Source of the DNA: Mobula hypostoma
Lineage: Eukaryota
DNA: 64,000 bases
Reading direction: 5' to 3'
Assembly (NCBI RefSeq): GCF_963921235.1
Contig: NC_086097.1
Location: forward strand, 38,938,001 to 39,002,000
Below are positions 25,400 to 38,989 of the stretch, one piece after another. The position numbers were made by a program, and so were the translations under genes. Positions within the stretch are counted from its first letter, which is position 1. Each line of letters starts with the position of its first letter. The notes beneath the pieces were generated by a model that saw nothing but the letters and a program-made list of their open reading frames with translations, was not told the origin of the DNA and ran no database searches.

Positions 25400-26985
25400 A
25401 GTTACAAAGAAGACATGTCAGTGCCTATATGTCATTAGGAGCAAATTTTAAAATATACACATTCTGCAGATGAGCTGTGGAGAGCATTCTGCATCACTGT
25501 CTGCTATGGAGGGGCCACAGCACAGGATTAGAAAAATCTGCAGAGGGTTGCAATCTCAGCCAGCTCCACCATGGGCATGAGACTCCCCAGTGTTGAGGAC
25601 ATCTTCAAAATGCAATGCCTCTAAAACGCAGCATCTATCATTTGGGACTCCAATCACCCAGGGCATGCCTTCTTCTCATTGCTGCCATCAGGGAGGAAAT
25701 ACAGGAGCCTGAAGACACACACTCAATGTTTTAGGAACAGTGTTTTCCACTCTACCATCAAATTTCTGAACGGAAGGTGAACCAACTATTGAATACTACC
25801 TCACTATTTTTGCAACACACACAAAATGCTGGTGGAATGCAGCAGGCCAGGCAGCATCTATAGGAAGAGGTAGAGTCGACGTTTTGGGCCGAGACCCTTT
25901 ATCAGGACTAACTGAAAGAAGAGATAGTAAGAGATTTGAGAGGGGGGGGAGGGGGAGGAATGGAGCTAAGAGTTGGAAAGTTGATTGGCAAAAGGGATAC
26001 ATGGCTGGAGAAGGGAGAGGATCATGGGACGGGAGGCCTAGGGAAAAAGAAAGGGAGAGGGGAGCATCAGAGGAAGATATAGTGAGAGGGACAGGGAGAA
26101 AAAAAGAGAAAGAAAGGGGAAAAATAAACAAATAAGGGATGGGGTAAGAAGGGGAGGAGGGGCATTAACAGAAGTTAGAGAAGTCAGAGTTCATGCCATC
26201 AGGTTGGAGGCTATTCAGACGGAATATAAGGTGTTGTTCCTCCAACCTGAGTGTGGCTTCATCTTGACAGTAGAGGAGGCCATGGATGGACATATCAGAA
26301 TGGGAATGGGACGTGGAATTAATATGTGTGGCCACTAGGAGATCCTGCTTTCTCTGGCGGACAGAGCGTAGGTGTTCAGCGAAATGGTCTCCCAGTCTGC
26401 GTCAGGTCTCACCAGTATATAGAAGGCCAGACCGGGAGCAGCGGACGCAGTATATCACACCAGCCGACTCACAGGTGAAGTGTTGCCTCACCTGGAAGGA
26501 CTGTCTTGGGCCGTGAATGGTGGTGAGGGAGGAAGTGTAAGGGCATGTGTAGCACTTGTTCCGCATACAAGAATAAGTGCCAGGAGGGAGATTGGTGGGA
26601 AAGGATGAGGGAGACGAATGGACAAGGGAGTCGCATAGGGAGCGATCCCTGCGGAAAGCAGAAAGAGGGGGAGGGAAAGATGTGCTTGGTGGTGGGATCC
26701 CGTTGGAAGTGGCGGAAGTTACAGAGAATTATATGTTGGACCCGGAGGCTGGTGGAGTAGTAGGTGAGGACAAGGGGAACCCTATCCCTAGTGGGGTGGT
26801 GGGAGGATGGGGTGAGAACAGATGTACATGAAATGGGAGAGATATTTTTGCTCTCATTTTGCACTTATTTTTTAAATTTATATTTCTTTTTATAGTTTAT
26901 AGTATTTCTATGTATTGCTTTGTACTACTGCCGCAAAGCAATAAATTTCATGACATATGTCAGTGATATTAAACCTGATTCACAT
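25400..26985 (+). mobile_element. Rex1/Babar LINE 3' end, interrupted by a Penelope element
   Basis: RT C-terminal remnants (ITVCYGG, HPGHAFFSLLPSGRKYRSL) at 25400-25800. The 3' UTR resumes after 26851 and ends ...GATATTAAACCTGATTC. Confidence 0.65.
25814..26842 (-). mobile_element. Penelope-like retroelement 3' part (GIY-YIG endonuclease)
   Basis: Minus strand RDRVPLVLTY...FQRDPTTKHIFP...FTCESAGVIYCVRCSRSGLLYTGET, flanked by a 9-bp duplication TATTTTTGC (25805-25813 and 26843-26851). Confidence 0.85.
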
Positions 26986-27251
26986 TAATTTTTGGTTGAA
27001 CCACAACATAGCCATGGCGAGGGAGGGCATGTTTGCTGAACCATACTTCAGCAAGTTATCCACACTTACAAAGACTACACATAAAATAGTTTATTTTTAA
27101 TACCCTTATGTAAATAATTCAAAATACTTAGAAATCTTACAATTCTTGCAGCACAGGAGACCATTCAGTTCATCAAATGTTATGCCTAATATGCAAATCA
27201 TTTCAGCCAATTCTGGTAGTTTTGATTTTCACCAACTTTACGAAGAGTGAA

Positions 27252-27253
<2 letters not shown>

Positions 27254-27305
<52 letters not shown>

Positions 27306-27332
27306 CGTGCGTGTGTGTGCGCGCGCGCGCGC
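27254..27332. repeat. (TG)n(CG)n microsatellite
   Basis: About 80 bp of alternating purine-pyrimidine, directly visible. Confidence 0.95.
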
Positions 27333-30300
27333 GTACTTTGTGGGGTAAGTTGAGGGGAGAGGGTATTCTTGCATCACCTCATATCTGTTGTCCAGAATAT
27401 TAAACCCAAGTCCCTTGATTCTTGAACAATCTACTAATGAATACAGCTTCCTTCTATCCTGTAAATCAATCATGTTCTTGTGCATCTCTGTTATATCTTC
27501 TCTAAGATTTTTTGCACCAATGCGAACAACCTGAGCTTCCCCACGGTAACCTTGAGCTTGAATTTCCTCATCCATGAGTTTGTTCTTTTATTAAATATGC
27601 TCTTTCTAGTACATCCCCATCTTTCTCCAAGTCAAGTGGCCAACATTGAATGCAACTGTCTTCTTGTGTCTAAACTAATGGTTTATAAAATTCAACGTAA
27701 CTTCTCAGAATATGTATATATGTTTTTAATTTGCTCTTTATTTTCTGGTATGTTACCTGTGAAAATTCTTGAATGTAATATGCTGTAATTGCCACTGATT
27801 GCTTTGTACTGATGTCTGACAACATCATGCATTGGAAAGTGGAGATTTTCACAATAAGGAATTTAATAAATGATCTAAAAATTGTGTTTTGTAGCTGCAT
27901 ATTGCTGGAATTAAGCATAGAACAGTTGTGATGTTTTGGTTACCAGACATTGCAATAACATTTCTTCATTTTTATGGTATACATATTTCTAATTTTGATT
28001 GTTTCAAAATTATTCCTTCTTTCCTCTATTATGTCCTTTCAAGTTGCCTTTTCATTATTTTATGTAGCCAGAAATTCCATTGCTTTCGGGATGGCTCAAT
28101 AATGCATTGTTTTAAAGGTAATAACTATTGTGATGTAGGCAGATAATTATGTAATTATGTATAATTTGTATAAAACCACAGTTGAATTGGATCCAAAGTA
28201 TATTAGTTTGGTATTCCTTACAGGTTGAAAAGTGAAGACATGGGTATTTTTCTTGCCCCATAGATGGGAAGCTGGAAAAATGATGTTTGTAAGAAATGTT
28301 GAAATAATTTGCATGGTATGTACTTTCCTAACATGGCCATCATTTAATGCCTATTCCTAATTGCTCTTGAGAAGGTAGTTGTGACCTTCCACCTTGAGCT
28401 GTTGTACATCTTCTGGAGAATGCAGATATAAATAGAGTTCCAGCGTTTTGACCTGGTTAAGGGTGAAGAAACATTTCCATTTTGAAATGCTTGAATCTCT
28501 TGGAGGAAAACTTGAAGGATGTGGCAATTCTGTGTGTAAGTGCTCTTTTCCTTTGTCTTTGGCAATTTTGGAAGATCCAATGTCTAGAACATTCAGGTAC
28601 AGCACATATGTATTCCACTTTTATCTAAGAGCTAAGCATGTTGTATTCTGTACCATTATCATTAAGCCAGGCTAGGGGGCCAATATTGTAGAAGATGATT
28701 ATATCTGGAGCATTCCCAAATATACCTGAGGTGTTTGAAACTGCAAGACTACACAAATGCCAAACAATAGAAACAGTATGTAAAAGATGTAATTGAACTT
28801 TCCGACACACAAGGCTGCATTTCAGAACTTTTCACTAATACTGTATTGAGTTGTGAATGGCAGTGGGATAATTCAGTAATCATTGGTAAAAGGGAATTTT
28901 ATCTCATCTTCATGACAAATCCTTGAAGATGAAATATTTTCACCCAGAATACCGAATCAGTAATACATCCTGGTTTCTTGAATTTTGTACCTGTCAAGGG
29001 ACCAAATTTGAGCCAAATTTGATTTGTTCTGCTTTTAAATGGCCTGTATGTCTAGATGACTTCCTAGCTACTTCTAAAGACTTCTGTTCTAAAGCATATC
29101 ATATCCCAGATCTACCTAGCTGTGTCCATTAACGTCTCAGGCAGTTAGGGGTAGGTTGAAATGCTGGCCTTGCTTGCAATGCTCATTTACAGCCATACCA
29201 TTAACAATTACTTGATATTATGTAAAATTGTCTAGCTATGAGAGGCAGAGCAATTCCAGTCTGGCCGATTATGGCTCCTCCTTCAGCAGTGGGTAAATGT
29301 CAAACAGCTATTACTCTCCAAAAGTCTTATTGATGTTCCAGACCTCATGACAGCCCATTTTCTTACTAATTTATTTTGACCTTGATTTGCTTTCAGTTTG
29401 ATTTTAATTGCTCTTGAGAAGCCAAATAAAAATTAGAGAACTCTTCAACAGGTTCTCTAATAATTTCACTGTATATTAAATTTATAGTGATGTGCTTTAA
29501 GTACTTGTAATATGTGTAAAACAACATGTTGCTTAATTTTAATTGTGAGCAATATATAGTTATCCTCTATCAATTTCCACTAGGGGTTGATTCCTATAAG
29601 TGTATTAAAATATTTTGAACTCTTCTGTAAATGATTTTGAAAGATTGTCATCAGTGATTTTCTGAAAATAGATGTGCTGAAAATCATGACTGACATGCAG
29701 CATGAACATTATGGGCAAGACTAGGCTTGATAAGTGCATGGCACTGGATTGTATTATAGATAGATTTACTGTGATTAAATAGATGCTAGTGTTGAGTAAT
29801 TGTAATATTAACAGCTAAACTTTACCTTGCATATTCATGTATTTTAAAATGCTTTTATATAGTCTGTAATTTACTTTATAATTCTATAAAATTGTTCCTA
29901 TTTGATTCATGTTGAGAAACATTAACATTTAAGACACTAAATATATTCTGAAATTAGTAATTTATATTATTGTATGCAATGAAGTGAAAGTTTTCACATT
30001 TTCAAACTGAAGCAGTTAAGGAGCTTAGCATAAAAGGGTGCAGTTGTAGAGAATGTAGAACTTTAAGGGAATTCCAGAGCTTAGGCTAAAGCAGTTGAAT
30101 GCAATGTTCTATTCACCATGTAACTCAACGCAGCTACAATATTTCTACACATGCAAGGTATTGAGAGAATTATATTATAAATTGATAATTGCACTGGGTT
30201 ATTATAACATGAGCCTTTCTATGCTGTAAACTAAATGGTAAGAAGTAACATTGTGCTGAAGTTTCATCTGGCTTCAAGATCTTCTGAAGGCAATGTCTCA

Positions 30301-30401
30301 AGAAGGTGACAGCTGTCATTAGGAACACTCACCATCCGGAACATGTCCTCTACTACCATCAGGGAGTAGGGCAGGCCTGAAGACCCAAACTGAACATTGT
30401 A

Positions 30402-30538
30402 GGTCCTGACGAAGGGTCTCGGCCTGAAACATCGACTGTACCTCTTCCTAGAGATGCTGCCAGGCCTGCTGTGTTCACCAGCAACTTTGATGTGTGTTGC
30501 TTGAATTTCCAGCATCTGCAGTGTTCCTGTTGTTTGTT
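30402..30538. mobile_element. Penelope terminal-repeat fragment within a Rex1-like 3' remnant (about 30290-30705)
   Basis: GTCCTGACGAAGGGTCTCGGCCTGAAAC...CAGCATCTGCAG, matching the other copies. Confidence 0.7.
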
Positions 30539-30784
30539 GTAGGAACAGTTTTTTTTTATCTGTGCCATTAGACTACTGCACAGTCCATGAACACAACCTC
30601 ACTATTTTTCTTTCGCTCTGTCTGATCTAATGCCTGTACTATACTACTGCCACAAATCAGCAAATTTCATGACTTGTATCAGTGGCAATAAATCTGATTC
30701 TGAGAATCTGTTTCACATTCAGTCAAGATTGAGCAGAATTGTATATCAATGTTGTTCATATCCCTGATCATCTTCAAGAATCTG

Positions 30785-31158
30785 TTGACCAAACACTGCC
30801 TGGGCAGGGCAAAAAGCATTATCAAGGATGCATCTCACCCTAACCATGGACTTTTTACTCTCCTCCCATCTGGTAGGTGCTACAGGAGTCTCCGCTCCTG
30901 CACCAGCAGGCACAAGAAGAGCTTCTTCCCTGAGGCTGTGACCCTGCTGAACCTCACATCACAGCGCTAAGCAGTATTGCATCCATATTGTACTGTTGCA
31001 GCACTTTTATATTTATGTGCTGTAGCACTTACTTTTGTTTCGCAGTTATTTTGTAAATAACACTATTCTTTGCATTTCTGGTCAGATGCTAACTGCATTT
31101 CATTGGCTTTTTATCTGTACTCGGCGCAATGACAATAAAGTTGAATCTAATCTAATCT
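30785..31158 (+). mobile_element. Rex1/Babar-type LINE 3' end
   Basis: CLGRAKSIIKDASHPNHGLFTLLPSGRCYRSLRSCTSRHKKSFFPEAV followed by GACAATAAAG and an (AATCT)n tail. Confidence 0.75.
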
Positions 31159-32522
31159 CAACCTGAATGGCCTTGTATAAGCAATTCCAGCTTGCTTACT
31201 ACCCATTGATTTTTAACTTTTTTTAAATTTCAGTGTGAATTTGCTTTAATTTTAAGATTATGCCTCTTTGTTTTGGATTTCCCCCTCATCGAAAGAAATA
31301 GTCTCATGCTCTCTCTCATTCCTTTTGAAAACTTCTGCCCATTTTAAATTCCAGAATACTGGTCAATTGAGCTGTTTTTGCCAGAATGGTGTCTAGCCTG
31401 CCTGTGTTGAAACAGCAATCATCCATGAAAATGAAGAGCATTTTATTACATGCTTGACTTGTGCTTTGTAAATGGTGTAATAAAAGCTTTAGAGAGTTAG
31501 GTGAGTCATTCATTCTAGAATGCTGAGACTCTGACCTACTCTGGTCACTATGGTATTTGTCTTGGCTCCTCCAGTTACATTCGACTTGATCATTACACCT
31601 TCAAGATGGTGTCAAGTGAAAATAGTCTGACATTTTTTTTCCTGGTAGTTGTCTGATATTTGTTAGATGCGAGTGTTACTTTCCACGTATTGCTATCCAA
31701 AACTTGGTACACATGGACTTGATTTCCTTAATTTACTGATGAGATAATGGAGCTTAATATTGTTCAATTATCCGAAAAATTCTTGTTGATAAAGAAGATG
31801 AAGTTACTTGGGCCTAGGATATTGCTCTGATGAATTCTTGCATCGGTGTTCTTGGTTCAGGTGATTAACAGCAATGTGCTCAATGTGAATCCAGCCAATA
31901 AAGTGTTCCCTCTTGCTTCCTATTGGAGTCCATGAAACTGCATTATCCAAGGCTGCCTTGTTCTCAAGGAGCATTCACTCTTGCCTGTACCTCTGAAATT
32001 CAAAATTCATCAATGTTGGACTAAAGTTGGAGAAGCACGGAAGTGTAGTGGTTAACATACCGGTCAAGTATTTTTAAGGAGGGAGCACTGATTGATTGCA
32101 CTGTTGGTGATTTTGAACAGTGATGGATTAGTGCTTGGCTTGATTGAATTTGTATTGGACTGAGCATGTCTGACCAATTTTTAGGCGAACACTATTTGTA
32201 GTTGTACTGTATACAAGGCCAGTTCAAAAGCACATAACTCCAATATCAAAACTGCAGTGGTATCAAAGTTCATTATCTTGTTTGTAGGCAATTGTTTTGA
32301 GGCATTCCTGAGGCATTAACCAACTCTAATAGGTGCCATTACTAAATATATCTCAACACTTAAGGAGGATCTCTTTCTCATCTCTCAACCCACTCCAGAA
32401 ATTCTCAAAAGTATAATGCGAAGTATGGACTAGACTTGCTCACCAGCTGAAGTTTATAAAGCTGAAAGTAAACAACAAAAACTCCACAAGCATTCTTAGC
32501 AATCTTAAATCTGGGATACAGG

Positions 32523-32717
32523 CAACGTTCCCTCTATTTTTTTTACAACTCCGCAGACCAACCATTGCATTGAGCTGAAAAATTTTACATGGCCAGATAA
32601 CTGCACAGCTGTTTAAATGTTAAGAAAACTCCAGCTGTACAGCAACAAAGGCTATGTGCATGGAAGCAGTTCAGTTACTGTGCTGCTGCTCACCCATTCA
32701 GCTTAGAGAGAACAGTG
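32523..32717. mobile_element. hAT-type MITE (195 bp)
   Basis: TIRs CAACGTTCCCTCTA / TAGAGAGAACAGTG with an 8-bp TSD GATACAGG / GATACAGA. Confidence 0.65.
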
Positions 32718-33379
32718 GATACAGAAGAATGCCAATCTGTTAAGACATTAGTTAAGTAAAAATATGTCCTCTTAAATCAATTACTTCCTCCTGCCAATAA
32801 TATCCTGCAAGCTTTTCTGCAGTTTCAGATCAGCTTGTGGCACAGCTGATATCTTCATTGCTCATCAAATCCAGGAAAAGCATTAGGCAAATCAAGATCT
32901 ATACCTAACTTATTGTGTGAAAGCCTTTTCATTATCAGTCAGTTACTAATTGGATATAAGGCTATGATGGTTTACTATCATGTGTGGGGATCTGGCTGTG
33001 AATGTCTAACGAACTGCCACCTTGGTTCAGTTACCAACACAATTGATTACTGGATGAAGACAGACTGCAGAGTATTAACTCATCTGTACCATTCCATTAC
33101 TCCCGTTTAATGCGCATTTATTCTGGTTGTATCTTTACTAGGTTATTCCTTATATTTGCATGGGCTTGGAGTTTCTATTCTGGTCTTCTCGTTGCGCGAA
33201 AATTGACTTGTGATGCGATGATTGAGTTTAGAACATGCAAATCTAACATTGTAGATTGTGATACACTATGTTTCTCCTAATGGCCACAATATGAATGACT
33301 AATCTTGTAAGGCTAAATTCTAATTTTAAACAATAAAATGGAGGGTATCTTCAATGTGAAGAGAAGGGCTATATAAGAA

Positions 33380-34180
33380 CTGTGGAGTGGTACAAATATA
33401 TGGCACAGGGAAATGTATGGTCACACACTTTGGTAAAAGGAATAAAGGCATATACTTTATAAAGCAGGATATTCAAAAATCAGAGGTGCAAAGGAACTTG
33501 AGAGATGTGGTGCAGGATTCCCTAAAGGTTAACTTGCAAGTTGAGTTGGTGGTAAGGAAGGCAAATGCAATGTTAGCACTCATTTCGAGAAGACTAGAAT
33601 ATAAAAGCAAGAATTAATGCTGAGGCTTTTTAAGACATTGGTCAGACAGCACATGGAGTTTTAAGAGCAGTTTTGGGCTGCTTATCTAGGAAAAGGCATG
33701 GTTGCCATTGAAAAGAATCCAGAGGAGGTTTACAGGAAGAATTCTGGGAATGAAAGGGATAGCATTTGAGAAACCTTTGATGGCCCTGGACATGTAGTCG
33801 CTAAAGTTCAGAAGAATGGGGGCAGGGGTCTCATTGAAATCTATCAAATAATGAAAGGCCTAGATAGAATAGAGATGGATAGGATGTTTCCTATAGTAGG
33901 GGAGTCTAGGAACAGAGGGCACTGCCTCAGTATAGAGAGACATCCATTTAAAACAGATGAGGTGGAATTTCTTTAGCCAGAGAGTAGTTAGTCTGTGGAA
34001 TTCATTGCCACAGATGGCTGTGGAGGCCAAATCATTTGGTATATTTAAAGTGTAGGTTGATAGGTTCTTGGTTAGTCAGTGTCAAAGATTAAGGGATGAA
34101 AGCAGGAGAATGGGGTAGAGAGGAATAATGGCATAGCAGATTCAAAGGATCAAAAATAGGCCATTTGGTCCAATGTCTTA
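33380..34180 (+). mobile_element. CR1 LINE 3' fragment, decayed
   Basis: KCMVTHFGKRN...VVRKANAMLALISRRLEYKS followed by a CR1 3' region. Confidence 0.8.
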
Positions 34181-34742
34181 TATATTACTACTATCACTGC
34201 CATTTGATTTGTGACAGTGGTGCTGAACATGGATGATTGAAGTTCAATGTAAATTTGTTATCAAAGCATGTACGGTATATGTTACAATATACTACTTTGA
34301 GATTAATTTTCTTGCAGGTACTTACAGGAAAAAAGAAATACAATAGAATTTTACAAAAACTATGCATAAACAAAGACTGGCAAACAACCAATGGGTAGAA
34401 GAAGACAAACCGTGCAAATAAAAATAATACTGAGAACCATAAGATTTGGAACTTCTTGGGCTGCTCCTTTGTAACTCTGTTTCACCTTTGAGCTTATTCC
34501 ACAGTAGGAGCAGGTCGAATCAACCTCAGTATTTAGAGTAGTTATGGTGCAGAATGGGCAGTGCCTCCATTTTTCCTTATGGGTACATACTTGACTGTTT
34601 GATGGTACCATTCATTATTGTATTATTATCGCAGAGAATTCCAAACTCATTGCTCTGTCTTCTAAATTTTTAGACAGCAATGTCAATTGAAGAAAATAAA
34701 TGTTAATTGCTCTAAGTAACATTTTCTTTTGTTTTGTTGCAG

Positions 34743-34883
34743 GGTTTGGGGAAACAGTTCACACTCATCCCGGAAGTAGGAGGATACTTTTCAGTTCTTC
34801 TAGAATGTTAAATGTGCAAAGTGTTAGTGTGGATTCTGACTTGCAGCTTTTGGGCATTGGAAACCACTTGCCGCAAGATAAAG
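34743..34883 (+). CDS. TOGARAM1: TOGARAM1 exon 3
   Basis: ttttgttgcag|GG...AAA G|gtgtcc; 141 nt, phase 1 to 1; conserved SVDSDLQLLG. Confidence 0.85.
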
Positions 34884-35859
34884 GTGTCCATTATTAATGA
34901 CTTATTATTTCAGTTTCTTTTGAATATAATGAATGTCACAAATTAAGATAGCACTTTTGCTGTTGGGCTGCAACATATCAAAAAGGTTGTTTGATACTAT
35001 AAACTTTTAAAAGTGTTATTTGAATTCTTTTTTAATTGAAATTGGCCCGAAAACAGCACCATTTTCTTTTTACTGTTATATAAATGGTCATGATAAAATT
35101 CCATACTTCAATAAGTAATGAAAATGTTGATTTGCTTTACTGTTGAATACTGGATACTATCATAGTTTGTAGTTAAAGTTACACTGACTATATGGCTTGT
35201 AATGTCTTTTGACATTATATCTTGGTGAGGTGTTTCTATGGAATACTCAGAGCACTATTTGGTTAACATCAATATTTGAAGAATGGTTCATATATGATCT
35301 AAGGTAAGTCAGCTTTTTATAGTACACATTGTGAAAGGAATTCAACATTGCACAATCATTACCAAAAGGACTATCATTAACGGGTGGGCCTGGAAATTAC
35401 CCAGAGGAATAAATATAGTGATATCCTGAGCTGAGATCATTGACACCATCATCTTTTCACCAGGTACTCTTCCAACTAAAGGAGTATTACATATTTTCAC
35501 CTCAATGTCAATTTACTTCAGTTTTACCTGGGCTCTTTGGTGTTGCACTCTGTTAAATTCCACTTTGATGTACAGTGAAGACAATTTGAACTCAATCTGT
35601 ACATTGATGAGTAGGTTATTGCTGAGCCATGATCATCTCATCTGCAAGATACAGACCAACTTGTCTCCACCCTAGTTTCGTAGGTTCTAAGGCCACAAGG
35701 TACTTGATGGTCCAAGCAAGTACAATCACTTTGGTCCAATCACTTAAGAGATGGTGCACTTCATCTTTCATTTATAGCAGGCTTCGTGGTACTCCCAACA
35801 AATGGAATGGAAATTCTTAGTAGCCTACCTCATACTGCTGTTCAAATTTGAGTGCGTGT

Positions 35860-36260
35860 GAACTGAGCTGTGTGCATTCTTAAAGCTTTTCAAGAAGACT
35901 TTCAGAAGGTCCTTTGTTGCACTATGAACCAGGTAATCTCAGAAAAAGAGTCCTCCTTTGGAAGTGTGCAATGGGCATGTGAATGATGCGGCGTGCCATT
36001 TGGAGCTGACTGAGGGTAAATGGGGCCTTATTATTGAGGATGTTGACCTTGATTCACTTGTGCTTCCAGTGGAGTTGAACGATTTTGCAGAAACAATATT
36101 CGTGCTAACTTTCCAGTCCTCTGAAGTGTGTATGGAGGGATGGGTGGGAGATGGGATGTATTGCTGCTCCCGATAGATCATAAGCTTTGTGTCAGATTTG
36201 AGATCTTGGTCTTCAAACACATTTTTTTCCCTCAGATTGCGTGCTAAATTCGTCAGTGTT
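35860..36260 (-). mobile_element. RTE-clade LINE 3' fragment, decayed
   Basis: Minus-strand remnants FEDQDLKSDTKLMIYR and degraded RTE C-terminal motifs across frames. Confidence 0.55.
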
Positions 36261-36380
36261 TGTCTTCATGAGATATGGGAAAGTGGTGTGTTTTTGGTCT
36301 TAATTTTACAACCAGTCATTTGTCACTCTTTTCCAGGGTAGATCTTTATAAAAGAATCGTTTTGTCCAACAGGACCAAGT

Positions 36381-38567
36381 ATATTGGGGAGAGTTTAAAC
36401 TAGAATTGTTGGGGGGTGGGAACTGAACTGAAAAGACGGGGGAAGGGGCAGTTGGCTCACAGAAAGCTTGTAGGCAGTGTGAGAGGGAGGATAGGCAGGT
36501 GATGTGTCTATTTTAATGCAAGGAGTATCATGAACAAAGCGGATGAGCTTAGAGCATGGATTGGTACTGGGAGCTAAGATGTTGTGGCCATTACAGAGAC
36601 TTGGATAACTCAGGGGCAGGAATGGCTACTTCGAGTGCCAGGCTTTAGATGTTTCAGAAAGGACAGGGAGGGAGGTAAAAGAGCTGGGGGCGTGGCACTG
36701 CTGATCAGAGATAGCGTCACTGCTGCAGAGAAGGAGGAAGTCATGGAGGGATTGTCTACTGTCTCTGAGTGAAAGTTAGAAACAGGAAAGGATCAATAAC
36801 TCTACTGGGTGTTTTTTATAGATCACCCAGCAGTAACAGGGACATCGAGGAGCAGATAGAGAGACAGATTCTGGAAAGGAGTAATAATAACAGGGTTGTT
36901 ATGGTGGGAGATGTTAATTTCCCAAATATTGATTGGCATCTCCCTAGATTAAGGGGTTCAGATGGGGTGGAGTTTGTTAGGTGTGTTCAGGAAGGTTTCC
37001 TGACAAAATATGTAGATAAGCCTATAAGAGGAGAGGCTGTGCTTGATCTGGTATTGGAAAATGAACCTGGTCAGGTGTCAGGTCTCTCATTAGGAGAGCA
37101 TTTTGGAGAAAGTGATCACAATTCTATCTCCTTTACCACAGCACTGGAGAGGGATAGGAGTGCACAAGTTAGAAAAGTGTTTAATTGGAGTAAGGGGAAA
37201 AATGAAGCTATCAAGCAGGAACTTGGAAGCATAAATTGGGAACAAATGATCTCAGGGAAATGTACAACAGAAATGTGGCAAATGTTCAAAGGATATTTGT
37301 GTGGCGTTCTGCATAGGTATGTTCCAATGAGACAGGGAAAGGGTGGTAGGGTACAGGAGCCATGGTGTACAAAGGCTGTTGAAAATCTAGTCAAGAAGAA
37401 AAGAAAAACTTACAAAAGGTTTAAAAAAAAAACAGGTAATGATAGAGAACTAGAAGATTATAAGGCTAGCAGGAAGGAGCTTAAGAATGAATTTAGGAGA
37501 GCCAGAAAGGTCCATGAGAAGGCCTTGGCAAGCAGGATTAAAGAAAACCCCAAGGCATTCTGCAGGTATGTGAAGAGCAAGAGGATAAGACGTGAGGGAA
37601 TAGGACCAATCAAGTGTGACAGTGGAAAAATGGAAATGGAACCGGAGGAGGTAGCAGAGGTACTTAATGAATATTTTGCTTCAGTATTCACTACGGAAAA
37701 GGACCTTGGTGATTGTAGGGATGACTTACAGCGGACTTGAGTATATCGACATTAAGAAAGAGGATATGCTGGAGCTTTTGGAAAGCATCAAGTTGGATAA
37801 ATCACCGGGACCGGACAAGATATACTCCAGGTAGCCTGTAGCTATGGGAAGCAAGGGAGGAGATTGCGGAGCCTCTGGCAATGATCTTTGCATCATCAAT
37901 GGGGACAGGAGAGGTTCTGGAGGATTGGAAGGTTGCAGATGTTGTTCCCGTATTCAAGAAAAAGAGTAGAGATAGCCCAGGAAATTATAGACCAGTGAGT
38001 CTTATTTCAGTCGTTGGTAAGTTGATGGAGAAGATCCTGAGAGGCAGGATTTATGAACATTTGGAGAGGCATAATATGATTAAGAGTAGTCAGCATGGCT
38101 TTGTCAAAGGCAGGTTGTGCCTTACGAGCCTGATTGAATTTTTTGAGGGTGTGACTAAACACATTAATGAAGGAAGAGCGGTAAATGTATTTGGGTTTCC
38201 ACAGGGCATTTGATAAGATACCCTATGCAAGGCTTATTGAGAAAGTAAGGAGCCATGGGATCCAAGGGGACCTTGCTTTGTGGATCCAGAATTGGCTTGC
38301 CCACAGAAGGCAAAGAGTGGTTGTAGATGAGTCATATTCTGCATGGAGGTTGGTGACGAGTGGTGTGCCTCAGGGATTTGTTCTGGGACTCCTACTCTTC
38401 CGTGACTTATAAGTGACCTGGATGAGGAAGTGGAAGGATGGGTTAGTAAATTTGCTGATGACACAAATGTTGGGGGTGTTTTGTATCATGTGGAGGGCTG
38501 TCAGAGGTTACAGCAGGACATCGACCGGATGCAAAACTGGGCTGAGGAGTGGCGGATGGAGTTCATC
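36381..38567 (+). mobile_element. CR1 LINE, 5' segment (endonuclease and RT)
   Basis: YFNARSI, AITETW, GDVNFPNIDW, ESDHN, PGNYRPVSLIS, SQHGF, SGVPQG and KFADDT motifs. Stops at WRMEF. Confidence 0.92.
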
Positions 38568-38989
38568 TACAGGTAAAGCAACAGTTGTGGAGAGAAATTA
38601 GACTTAAGGTTTCTCATCAATTTACTTTCATCTTGTTCCTTGCTTTTGTTTCAGACCTTTGATTGTTTGTATCTATAGTTTTTCACTTTCAAATATGGTT
38701 CTATTGTTTAGGATGTTGGTGAAGATTGGCAGCTCAGGTTGAGGTGTTTGATGTTGCAGTGTTTGCTGAGTTTTGCAGTTAGCTTGAAGACGTTCTTTCA
38801 CCAGTTGAGGTGACATCCTCTGAGCATTTGCTGGTGTTTCTCTCTGGGAGTGCTCACATTTATATATGCCCCTGGTCGCTTGCCTATGTCCTGATTGGCT
38901 ACCCCTTCAGTTGACCTTGGAATTCAATTGGCTTTCATTTCTTTGCCAAAGAAATAGATTGGATGGTTGAGTTGAGTCAGAAGAACCTT

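Noticed and set aside
31420..32300. Degenerate repeat-like sequence (similar stretches near 41680-42430, 49480-49950 and 62250-62750)
   Set aside because: Probably ancient LINE remnants, but I could not assign a family or boundaries by eye.
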